Origin: Narcine bancroftii
Lineage: Eukaryota
Assembly (NCBI RefSeq): GCF_036971445.1
Contig: NC_091470.1
Coordinates: forward strand, 140,058,001 to 140,122,000
DNA: 64,000 nucleotides
Reading direction: 5' to 3'
Positions 1 to 11,188 of this stretch are shown here, in pieces (the stretch's first letter is position 1; the number at the start of each line of letters is the position of its first letter). The notes below the pieces were generated by a model. It was given only the letters and a program-made list of their open reading frames with translations. It ran no database searches and had not been told where the DNA came from. The translations under genes were made by a program, and so were the position numbers.

Positions 1-1280
1 ATGAACTCGTTGTCGCCCCGTCTCTCTGCGGATAAACCGTTCACAGTTCCCTCCGGATCGGCTTGCCCTTTCTTAATGGAGTAAAACAGGTACCGAGGCC
101 CCTTCCCCGGGTCTTGTCGATACCAGTACAGATAATTAATGTTGCTGCTACTTCCCTCCACTGTACATGACAGCTCCATTCCGTTCCCGGGCCGTTCGGA
201 AACCGCAGCTGGAATCTGGAGGACAGTGACCGAGTTCACATCTGCGACAGAGAGGGAGGACATGAGTGAGAGATATCCTGGGACATTCTGGAGGGTGGAG
301 GGACGAGGCGAAAAATATGTAATGAATTAAGAAAGGTGTTGAAAGGGGAAGACAGGGAAAGCGGGAAAAGAGAATGGGGATATGGAGGGTGCAAGGGAGA
401 TAGGGACAGAAACTGGGTGGTGTACAGATAAATAACGAGTAGAGAGAAAGCGAGAGAGGATCAGAGAAGTAAAAAGAGAGATAAATAGATAGGAACAGAG
501 ATCAACATTGATAAATAGATTTGGAGAAAAGAGAAAGAAAAGAGGAATTAAATTATTAACATGTGCTTGTTGCATATGGAGTAAAACAGGTTCTGAAGCC
601 CCTTCCCCGGATCTTGTCGATACCAGTACATTATCCCAGCGTTCCTGCCTCGCTCCACCGTACACCGCAGCTCTTTTCCGTTACCGACCCGATAAAAAGA
701 AAGGGAGAATCACAAAAGAATACAGCAGAAAAGGGCAAGAGAGAGAAAGGTGTATAGTGAGAGAAAAACGAATCGATGAAAGGAATGGGAAAGTAGATAA
801 AGCAATAAATTAAAGAGGGAAAGGAGATGGACAGATGGTGTGAGTGAAAAGAGAAATAGAACTTAATAGGGAGAATAACAGAGGAAGAACGTTAGACAGA
901 TTAAAACAAAGAGAAGGTGAATGAGAGAGAGAATGAGAAAATAGAACTAGAGGGTGGAAAGAGAGAGATAGAGAACAAAAGAGAAAAATTGAGGAACAGG
1001 AGTGAAAGAAAGCAAAGAGAGAATAGGAGAGAGAAGGGAGAAGAAAGAGACAGAGAAAAATAGGAGGAAATCAGGAAGTGGCGGAGAGGGAACTGGGTCA
1101 CGGAAGTGACTTCCGGTTTCGGGAACACGTGAAGGAAAATAATCGGGAAACAAAAGAAGATGGTTGAATGGGGAGAAAAAACACTGTGGATCAAAAGACG
1201 GGAGAAGAAGAGGTGAGTGAAACATGGGATCGATCCCACTTACAGTTAAACCAGGCCACGATCGCCAGAAGGAGAAACAT
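1..1280 (-). CDS. TRBV: TCR beta V gene, CAWS (TRBV30-like) family, inverted copy; 3' part lies outside the window
   Basis: Leader exon 1280-1244 (MFLLLAIVAWFN+T, donor GTAAGT). Acceptor cag at 244-242. V exon 241 to <1 reads open: VNSVTVLQIPAAVSERPGNGMELSCTVEGSSSNINYLYWYRQDPGKGPRYLFYSIKKGQADPEGTVNGLSAERRGDNEF, with the conserved first Cys and WYRQ. Confidence 0.85.
560..691 (-). pseudogene. Internal V fragment (end of FR1-CDR1-FR2-CDR2) embedded in the leader intron of the inverted V gene
   Basis: Minus strand reads RVGNGKELRCTVERGRNAGIMYWYRQDPGKGLQNLFYSICNKHM. It has no acceptor, FR3 or RSS and is flanked by CT-rich intron sequence. Confidence 0.85.
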
Positions 1281-1977
1281 CTCTCTCAGGACAGGGTTCG
1301 CTTTTAAATAAGAGGGAGGCGTTCGCGGGCCGGAGCTCAAGAGGGGACAGATTCGCTCTTCATGACAGATCATGAGATGTGTTGTAGATTAGACACGCCC
1401 CTTCTCCTATCTTAACCTATGGGAATCGGTGGTGATCAGAACCGCTCAACGGGATGCAGCTAGAACATTTCATTCCAATTACGTGTTCAGCTGAACAAGT
1501 GTCTCTTGAGCCACCTCTGTCTCCGCCCTCTCCCTCTCCTCTCTCTCTCTCACTCATCCATTTTAATACATTTCACCCTCCCTCTCCTCTCCCACTGCAC
1601 CTCTTGCCGATCAGTTCCCCCCACACTCTTCCACACTGTCGCCCTCACACCCTTTGCCTCTCACCCCTCGTTCTTGCCACTCTCTCCATGTCGTTTTCCA
1701 CGCTCCTCTTCCCTCTCTCTTGCATCTGCCAAGCTCCAATCTGCGGGTTCACTTTCATACCCAGGAAGCAATAAATTTAGTTTCGTTCTGTACCGTTGTG
1801 GAGTCTGTCGAACACCCCTCCCCCCATCATGCTCTCTCTCTCCCCCGCTGCCTCCAAACCTCTGCTGAGCGAACTGTGAGGGAGAGGGTAGAGAGTTCTC
1901 TCCGCTTCATTTTTGTCTTGCTTTCTCTCTGCTCTATCGCCTCTCTACCTCTATTTCTCCCCTCTCTCATCCACTCT

Positions 1978-2888
1978 TTTTAAAAAAAAACATTATTTAT
2001 TTAAAGAATCATAAAAAAACAACATACAATCCAATAAGAACAATTTTGTATAAGTATATAAAAAACAAAAACAAAAACCCCCACCCCACTCTCCAATCCC
2101 ATCAGCCAGCTCTCTTAAGGAGAGCCAAAAATATGAAAAAATGAAATTATTTACAAGAAATCAAGGTATATCTGAATACATATATTCCAAATAAGGAAAC
2201 CACTTATTAACAAAAAAAAATTATTATCATGCAAATTATATGTAATTTTTCCGATAATAATACAAGCTTTCAATTCATTATGCCAGCATATTATACTAAT
2301 CTCTATATTATGTTTCCATGTACTAGCTACTCATTTTCGTGCTACAGACAACACTAAACGTACAAATGCAATTTGAAATTTATCCAACCCTAATCCCCTT
2401 AAAGAAACTATATAACCCAATTAAAAAATTGATGGGTCTTGTGGTAGTTTAATATTATATAATCTTTCCAAATCCAACCTAATTCCTTTCCAAAATGGTT
2501 GTACTTTAACACAAGACCAAACAGCATGTAAAAAATGTTCCAGTACATAAACCACATCTGAAACAAGAATCCGAGTTACTAAATCCATATGTTTTCAATT
2601 TCTCCTGAGTTAAATATAACTGATGTAAAAAATTATAATTAGCCATTCCATATCGTACATTCGTCAATTTAGTTACGCTATCATAACACATATCCGCCCA
2701 ATTATCTCCAGAAAAATAAAGGTAAAATCACTTTCCCATTTAAGCTTTGACTTCTCCCATTCTGGTTTATCTATATTATCTTGTAATACTTGATACATAA
2801 CTAAAATATAACCTGTCTTTGGTATAGAGGAAATCAAAGATTCAGATTTCGTCAATACAGGTAAAATCATTTCTTTACCATAAATATC
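1978..2888 (-). mobile_element. 5'-truncated L1-clade LINE 3' fragment
   Basis: ORF2 C-terminal remnants (NYNFLHQLYLT..KLK..G...CFRC..C.GTF.H) nearly identical in type to 53.8-54.6 kb. AATAAA and A-tail at the left end on the minus strand. Confidence 0.85.
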
Positions 2889-3455
2889 CCACCCCTGGTT
2901 CCTTGGAGTCACCCATCTCCATTTACTCACTCCCTTCTCTTTTTCCCTTCCATCTGTCGATGACACCCTCCCCACGATTTCGTTTTCTAATCTAATAATC
3001 TATGAATTAATTTAGTTTTGTACTCATCCAGAATCTGCCGATATTATTCTCCTTCTCTTTTGCTCTCTCTCTCTCACAACCTCCAAACCCCTCTCTCCTC
3101 TCTCTCTTATTCCTCCCTGCCTCATACCCTCTCTTTCACCCTCTCTCTCCCTCTCTTTCTTTCTGTTCCTTTCACACTCTATATTGCTTTCTATTCTATT
3201 TAGCTTAGACACGTACTTTCTCCAAGACAAACTAATGCTAACCATTAAAACGGACGTTATATTACGTGAATTTGCCTGATTCTGCCGTTTGACAGACAGA
3301 TTCGCAGTTGACAGAAATTGACAGAAGCGCCCCCTACAGTCATAAAAATAGCAGTGAGCCAAAGACACCCCCAGAGTCACTTAATGTCCCTGGATCCGCC
3401 TTCAGGCCCTCGAACGCCTCCCTCAACTTACAAAGTGAACCCCTTCCAGAGAGAG

Positions 3456-4529
3456 ATGTTTCTCCTACTGTGGACTGTGGCCTGGTTTGAATGTAAGTGG
3501 GATCAACCCCACGTTTCATTCTCTTCTTTTGTCCCATATCCTCCCGATCTTTCGTCTCCCGGTTATTTTCCTTCACGTGCTCCCGAAACCCAAAGTCACT
3601 TCCGTGACCCCGTTCCCTCTCGGCCACTCTCTCGCTTTTCTTTGTATTTATCTCTGTCTATTTCTCTCTCTACAAATCTCTCTTTTTACTGTATCTCTCT
3701 CTTTATTCTTCTCTCCCATATTCTTTTACTCTCCATTTTCTCTCTTCCATTTTCATGCCCTCTCTTCTTTTCTACATTCATTTGCTCTTTCGTCATCTTT
3801 TTCTTGATTTTTTTCCCTTAATCTTATCCTTTCTCTTTTGGTCCATCTGTCTCTTTCCTACATTTCCTTTCACCTCGTTTTCCTCTTTCTTGATCTCTTT
3901 TCTCCGTCTCCATCACCTTCTCTCTCTTTTGCTCTCCCTCCTTTCCTGCCTTCTTTGTTCTCCCTCTTCATTTCAATCTCTCTCTTTCTCTCTCCCTTTC
4001 GCTTTATTGGGGCTTTCACTGTCACCTTTCCCGTCTCTTTGTCTTCTTCCTCCCTTTATTGCTCTCTTCTCTCTTTCATTGTTTCACTCTACCTTGCTTC
4101 CTGTCTCTTTTTCCTTCCCTTCCACGCTCTTCATTCACTTTCTTTTCTGAATTCTTCCCACTGTCCTCCTCCTTCGTCTCTTTCCTTCCTGTTGTACATT
4201 TTGTCCCTCAACACCTCACCACAGAATGAACCCGGATTTCTCTCTCAACTCCCGCCTCTTTCTCCCCCTTCTCTAGCAGATGTGAACTCTATCACCGTCC
4301 TCCAGACTCCTTCCGCGGTTTTCGAACGAGCATGGAACGGAATGGAGCTGCAATGTAAAATGGAGGGAGGCAGAAGCCTCAGAACCTGTTTTACTCAATG
4401 TCCAGCACTCACGTGGAGGGAACAGTGAATGGTTTATCGGCAGAGAGACAAGGAGACAACCAGTTCATCCTGAAGTCCGCCAACCTGAGCACAGCCCACT
4501 CAGGCCTGTATCTCTGCGCCCGGAAACTA
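3456..4529 (+). pseudogene. TRBV: TRBV CAWS-family pseudogene
   Basis: Leader 3456-3492 (MFLLLWTVAWFE, GTAAGT). V exon from 4280 has CDR1/WYRQ deleted and a frameshift, ending YLCARKL. RSS CACGGCG 4530-4536 has only a 19-bp spacer before AAAAAAACC. Confidence 0.9.
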
Positions 4530-4659
4530 CACGGCGCCACAGTCGACGTGGCCCGAAAAAAACCTCCGACCGCAGCGTTGAAGAGGGGCGGGACCGGTGG
4601 GGTAGAATAGATGCATCGGCGTCGAGGACGGAGCTGTCAGTCAGAAGGGGGTGGGGCCA

Positions 4660-5423
4660 AAAGTGGAGTCAGACGGAGGGTGACGTCATCCAGCTTCATC
4701 TCAGGTTTGTGCGCACCTGCGGGGAGCCGAGTCTCAGCGCTCGCTGATCCTCAAGGTTCTATCACCCGGTCCATCCAGCGAGGTACTTTAAATGGCCTGT
4801 AAATGAGGCGACGGCGGGTTATTTAAAAATGTTGTAGCCACGGGATTTGGGCCGAGGTTTCAGCACTGGCCACGAGCCGGTGCAGATTCGAGGTTGGCAG
4901 AAGACTGGCGCAGGGCCCCAGCAAACACGGCGACATCCCGCTTCCCAGCGTGAGATGGAGAAGCAGAGGAGACGACCCACAGGACGGTGACCATGGCGGA
5001 CAACCAGCGAGAGGCTCTGCGGCCGAAGTACACACAGGCGGCGGGGTTGATGGCGGCGAATCGAGGCGAGGAATCCACGCAAGCCGGGGGCTGCCATCGA
5101 GAGGTTCATCCCACGCTGAGGACTACCGTGGACCGGCTCGATACTGGCTGAATGGGGACCGGGTATCGGGAACGTGTTCTTAGGGCTCTGAAGGCTTCCT
5201 GATCGTGTCGGACGTTCAGATCTGGAGCTCGGGCTGCCGATTTGTTGGACTGAACTCCGTGCGTCTCCGGAGGCTGAGGTTATCCAGGAACACTCAGTGA
5301 CTCCTGGGGGGATTCTCTTTCTCTTCTATTCCTCTTACTGTAGGGGGTACTTCAGGCAGTTTCAATCTGTCCGCATTACGGCAGGCTTGGGCAATTTCAT
5401 GTAATACTACATCTGTTTTATTG
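4660..5423 (+). repeat. GC-rich ~0.6-0.8 kb repeat 3' of several V RSSs (other copies ~16610-17220, 19085-19845, 30030-30780, 36130-36750; partial inverted copy ~3240-3400)
   Basis: Shared blocks such as ggttatttaaaaatg..ccacggg.tttgggccgagg, gagatggagaagcagaggag and ttacggcag..tcaggcaatttc recur in each copy. No conserved ORF. Confidence 0.8.
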
Positions 5424-5428
5424 GTTAG

Positions 5429-5907
5429 TGTCAGAAATAAAACTTCTCACACATGAGTCTCTTTAAAACTGATGACACGACAAGCCTTATTTACAAGTCT
5501 GCAGAGTTGGACTCAACTGGCTTCTCACCAGTTAAGCCCCGATACATACAGTGCATTGATTTTTATACCCTTGTTGTTTGCCCTTCCCCTTCTTATTAAT
5601 ACTGTTTTAATTGGTTAGTATTGCAAAAGCATTCTAAGTACAACTGCATTTTTAATTATCACGTTCGTTACGTACGCTGCGAACTCTACATACACTAAAT
5701 TCTGTTTCTCACCCTTCTTATCAATCTTTTGTCTCCTGCATGTCTCTCACTATGACCATGAAAAGATATGTTTAAAAAAAACATATCCAGCTGAACTTTT
5801 TGTCCTTGGCTGCTAGTAAGCTCCCTGTCCGTTCTGGCTTCCCTTTTTATGATTAATCATCACATTTTAACTTAAGCCATTTTAACCTAAATTCTCTATC
5901 TCTAACA
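5429..5907 (-). repeat. ERV 3' LTR
   Basis: 479 bp, differing from 13228-13706 at two positions by eye (5486/13285 and 5868/13667). Minus strand has CCAAT and TATAAAAA. The polyA signal reads AATAAG here. Confidence 0.97.
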
Positions 5908-5926
5908 ATCCACCCCTTTCTCTCTT
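5908..5926 (-). other. ERV polypurine tract
   Basis: AAGAGAGAAAGGGGTGGAT immediately precedes the 3' LTR on the minus strand. Confidence 0.9.
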
Positions 5927-5983
5927 TAAAATGTGTGTATTATATATATGAATGGGGATTTTAACTCGGGGAAGAGAAACGTC

Positions 5984-7682
5984 TCATGATAAATTAATTT
6001 CGTGCTGAAGTAAAATTCTAACGGGGTCTCCCAGTTCCCCTGGTTGCATAGCCTGTTGGACCATGGAAATCACCAGGCTACGTAGACAGGGAATAATACA
6101 GGGCAAAACAAGTAGGAGGAATAAAATACCTCCGATGACCCACAATAAGGTACGCCACCAGGTTCCTCCAAACCATTTGCCCATCCAATTTAATTTTGCA
6201 AAAGGATGCCAGGTTTGAACCGGTACATGGGATAAAGTACGAATATTATCAGCGATTTTTGAATGGCTTGGCCATTATCATCAATCTGTAGGCAGCAGTT
6301 AGTCAAATTAAGCTTTCCACATACACCTCCTTCTGTGGCTAGGAGATAGTCTAGGGCCAGACGGTTCTGATATATAGCAGAGCGCATTTGACCTTGCTGG
6401 GATGCAAGTAATTGCAGGGCTAGAGCTGTTTGATTTGTAACAATTTCAAGGACTGCTTGCAAGCGAATAATGCGATTTAACATATAAATAGGAGTACGAT
6501 AACCCCAGGATCCATCTTGAGCCCATGTAGCGGGACCATAATATTGAATTATGCGTTCGATCCCGGGTTTCGGCACCACCCAAATGTACCGTGCTAGAGC
6601 GGGGCTGACGGTGTAATGTATCAAAAATCTTCACTCCTAATTTATGACCGTGATCGTGGGGTAGGAGGAAAAATTCTGGGCGGATTATTCCTAGGAAACA
6701 AGTTCCACTCCACTGTAAGGGGAGACGAGTATAAGCTTTATTACCACATACCCAGAATAATCCATTTGGGGATACTCCATATCCCCGTTCCCAAACTCTT
6801 TTAAGAGTGGGGTTTGATTGGTATGGTCCTGTGATGGTGGAACTGGTACAATTCCAAAGCTGAATACTGCTATTAGACAGGGGTAGGCAATTAGTTTTAA
6901 AAACAGTGGATAAGAACCAAGTCAGGGGTTTAGGAAACCAAGTGAAATTACCAGGCGAAATGCGAATCCATACAGCCTTGCAGGGACTTTTTCCTACTGG
7001 GTATTTGCCGGTTCGTGAGAGACAATAAAAACCAGAGGGGACGTTAGAGAGAGACCAAGTTTCTCTTGATCTCGTTCGGTTAGTTGTTCAAATTCGGGAA
7101 ATCATGGTCAATGAATTGAGGGACTCCCCCCACCAAGGCCATTGCTCTGACATCCGTGGACCCCCGCAGACCCAACAATTGGTTACATTAAAAGTTCCTG
7201 CAATTCTAGTTGCAAGATCAACAAAAAGGTTATCTCCCCCAACTGCGTGACCGAAACTTTCATGGTTGTTTGGATGGACTCGAACTAAGTCCGGCTGTCT
7301 TAAAGGGGCAGGCACTTTTGAGTGTGGAGTGGAATTTCTTATTGGAACAGTACGCTGGTGTATGCAAAACCAGAGTCCATCAGGGCATGGTGGGCCTGAG
7401 TCACCCTTCCAACCGTTAAGAGGGAAAGGAGTGGTATTAGGAATCTGTATATAATGACCCATATTATTTCCTTCTTTTTCCACACAAGGGGTATATGGAT
7501 GTTGGGTGGTATTTTTTTGCCCAGCATTTCTCAGGAACTGAGGTATGGGAAATAAAATTACCCTCCTTTCTTCCCCAAGTGCGGTCCTGAAACAGGACCA
7601 CTGTGTCTCTGCATTTCTTACATTTCACACCTGATAAAGACATAGGCAAACTAAGAAAAATCAAAGAACATAACAATAACAT
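5984..7682 (-). pseudogene. env: ERV env, disrupted
   Basis: Signal peptide MLLLCSLIFLSL; SU motif CWVC; RQPR cleavage-like site; [33 protein letters not shown]; [20 protein letters not shown] followed by CX7CC; TM helix. Broken by TGA at 7088 and several frameshifts. Confidence 0.93.
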
Positions 7683-7688
7683 TGTGAA

Positions 7689-10600
7689 TCAAGTCTTTCT
7701 GCGAAATCGCAAGGTAAGAGGTTTTTCTCCAGGAACACAAGTCCAATCTGAGTTCGTATCAGGGTCCTGAGGCGCCTCTACAGGTCCCTTAAATCTGGAT
7801 GCGTGTGTCCACCCCTTCTCTCTTGTTCGTGCTGCAGCCTCTGTAGTTAAGAGAACTTGGTATGGACCTTCCCACTGGGGCTGGAGTTTTTCAGTTTTCC
7901 AGGTCTTGATGAGAATCCAGTCTCCTGGTTCCACTTTGTGTAAAGAAAAGTCTAGAGGCGGTGTTTGTGCCAATAGTCCTCTCTTTCGTAAATCTGTAAG
8001 AGAGCGTGACAGTGCCTGTAAATAGTTCCTAACAAATATATCCCCTTCCCCCAAGGTGGGACACCCCTCAACTGTACTCCAGAAGGGAAGCCCAAACATC
8101 ATTTCATAAGGGGACAACCCTACATCTTTTCGTGGGGCAGTACGAATTCTCAATAAAGCCAGGGGCAGACACTTTATCCAAGGCATTTTAGTTTCCACCA
8201 TTAATTTTGTCAATTGCATTTTTAGGGTTCCATTCATACGTTCAACCCTCCCTGAGCTTTGTGGATGCCAAGGGGTATGCAATTTCCAAGAGACCTGTAA
8301 TGCATTACAAATCAATTGCTGGATGTTTGAACAAAAATGTGGACCCCTGTCTGAGTCTATAGAATCCATTATACCATATCTGGGGATTATCTGCTCTAGG
8401 AGGAGGCGAGCTACTGTAGAGGCTGTAGCATTTACTGTTGGGAAGGCTTCCACCCATCGGGTAAAGTGATCTATTACCACCAACAGATACTTCCATCTTT
8501 GGACTTGAGGTAACTCTGTGAAGTCGATCTGGATACTTTGAAAAGGGCGTATGGCTAATGGTTGACCTCCCATGGTCCCTGTCCTCATTATCTTCATATT
8601 AATTTTTGTGCATAGGTGACAGTTCTGCACCTCCTGTTGGGCCAAGGTGTAGATTCCCTTACACACATATTCTCGAAGCACTGTGTCACATAAGGCTTGG
8701 GTGCCCCAGTGGCTCTGATGATGCAGGTGTTTTAAAATATTGCGAGTTATTTCTTTATTTAGAACCATTCTTCCATCTGGTGTCTTCCATGTTCCATCAG
8801 GCAGCTGGCTTGCGCCCAGCTGAGCCATGTCCTTTTCTTACTTAGCAGTGAAAATGGGAGCCTTCTTTATGCCTTGTCTTATTGGGATTAAGGTCAGCAA
8901 ACCGACTTCTTGTTGCATGGCTGCCCTTTTGGCTTCTTCATCAGCCAGTCTGTTTCCAATTGCTGTCGGGGTATCTCCCCTCTGATGGCCTGGTATGTAG
9001 ACCACTGCTATTTCCTGGTGTAATGTCAAGGCTTCTAAAGTCAGAGTAATCATCTGTTCATGTGCCAATTCCTTTCCTCTTGATGTAATTAGACCACGCT
9101 CCTTCCAGATCTTACCAAAGGAATCAGTGTAAATTGTTCCAGTTTTCTCTGCCAGTATTCTGAGGGCTCTCTGCAAGGCATATAGTTCACAGGACTGTGC
9201 TGACCAGCTTCCGGGTAGTCTCGTGGATTCTACTACTTTCCAAGTATTTCCTTCTATTATAGCATACCCACTTCTTCTCATTCCGTCAACACATCTGGCG
9301 GAGCCGTCAATGTAGAATTCATATCCTTCTCCCAGAGGAGTATCGCAAAGGTCTTCTCGGGTCTTGGTCTGAAGATCCGTCAACTCGACACAGTCGTGCT
9401 CCACCTCTCTCTCTGTTTCACTGCCGTTTAAAAACTGAGCTGGGTTGCAGCTATTAATCTTTGCAAACTGTAGATCTTCTCCGACCATTAAAATGGTTTC
9501 ATACTTTAATATGCGAGAATCAGTCAGCCATCGATGGGCAGTTTGTGTTAATAAAACACTCACAGAATGGGAGGTGTACACAGTCATCTTTCCTCCAAAA
9601 GTAAGTTTACGTGCTTCCTCTACCAACAGAGCAGCAGCCGCTACTCCCTGGATACACGTCGGCCATCCGCGAGACACTGGGTCCATCATTTTGGAAAGGA
9701 AAGCCACTGGGTGTCGCTGACCGCCTTTTTCCTGTGTTAAAACTCCCACAGCTGTTCCTTGGTTATGAGTGACAAATAGCTGGAAGGGCTGTTTTAAAGA
9801 GGGCAGAGTGAGTACCGGGGCTCGTGTCAGGCGATGCTTCAAGTCCTCAAACCATCCCTCCTCCTCCTGGATCCATTTCAATGGATATTCATTTTCATTT
9901 GTCAGATTTTCATACATAAACTTCACCAACGCTGAGTAGTCCTCTATCCATAACCTACAGTAACCTAAGAGTCCCAGGAATTGTCTTATTTCCTTCTTAT
10001 TACGGGGTAACGGCATTCTAGTGATTCCCGCAATCCGTTCAGGGGTAATCCGTTTCTGTCCTTTACTTATCTGGTGTCCCAGATATACCACAGTTCTCTC
10101 AACGAACTGTAACTTGTTCCTGGACACCCGTAGACCCTTTTTCCCCAGACAATTCAAGAGTCTAATTGTATCTCCCCACATTTCTTGTTCCTTGGGTCCT
10201 GATAATAGTAAATCGTCCACATACTGCATTAGTTGGGAATCATCAGATTGTGGATAGTCCGCCAGGATTTGTTCTAGCATTTGTCCAAACAGGTTCGGAG
10301 ATTCAGTGAACCCTTGGGGCAATACAGTCCACCGAAGCTGTCTCCGTCTACCTGTCCATGGATTTCCCCATTCAAACGCGAACATATCTCTACTTTCCTC
10401 TTCTAATGGACACGTCCAGAAGGCATCCTTCAAGTCGATAACACTAAACCACTCATGGTCTGGGGGAATCCGACTCATAATAGTATAGGGATTAGGCACC
10501 ACTGGGTGGCGGGTCTGAACAATAGCATTCAAACTTCTTAGATCCTGAACTAGGGATAGGATCCATCTGACTTTTTCACTGGGAGTATAGGGGTGTTATA

Positions 10601-11188
10601 AGGTGACATGCATTCTTCTAATAGTCCGTCTCGTATTAGAGTCTCAATTACCGGCTGTAGCCCTTTTCTCCCTTCCAAAGAAATAGGATACTGACGTTTC
10701 CTTACCGGCTGATGACCTGGTATTAATGTGACATGTAAAGGTGGGATGTCCAGACCTCCTCGATTTCCCTCCTTATACCAGACTCTCTCGTCAATCTGCC
10801 GTTCATCCTCTTCTTTTAGAGCACAGAGGTGGACTCGCACTTCTCCGTCCACAGGGAGAGCACCCAAACCTAGGAGAGCCTGTAAGTCCCTTCCTAGGAG
10901 GTTAAATCCAGCCGACGATAACAACAAGAGGTCTTGTACCCCTTCTCTTTCTTCCAGTTTCACTGTTACTTGGGGAATTATTGATACCATTCTGGGTGCC
11001 CCTTCTATCCCAGAAATTTTTAAATTACCTTTTACAGGTTCAGTCCCGATTGGCACAGTTATTACACTACTTCGTTCCGCTCCTGTGTCCACCATAAACA
11101 CCACTTCTTCTCCCTTGGGACCAATTTTTAGTTTTACCAGGGGTTCCCTCTTATACTTGGTCCCCAACATTTGGAACCCCTGACCCCC
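7689..11188 (-). pseudogene. pol: ERV pro-pol (protease, RT, RNase H, integrase), disrupted
   Basis: Protease DTGA, RT LPQG/YVDD, RNase H DGS..TDS, integrase HHCC and D-D-E. In frame with gag after TAG. A 1-bp frameshift near 10555, an in-frame TAA at 8838-8840 and a short in-frame deletion after YTDS. Confidence 0.95.

Noticed and set aside
3575-3610. Intronic E-box/ETS island (CACGTG..GAAACCCAAAGTCACTTCCG) as an essential enhancer
   Set aside because: Present in many copies by descent but degraded in two of the three intact genes (38.5 and 41.3 kb), so no functional claim is made.
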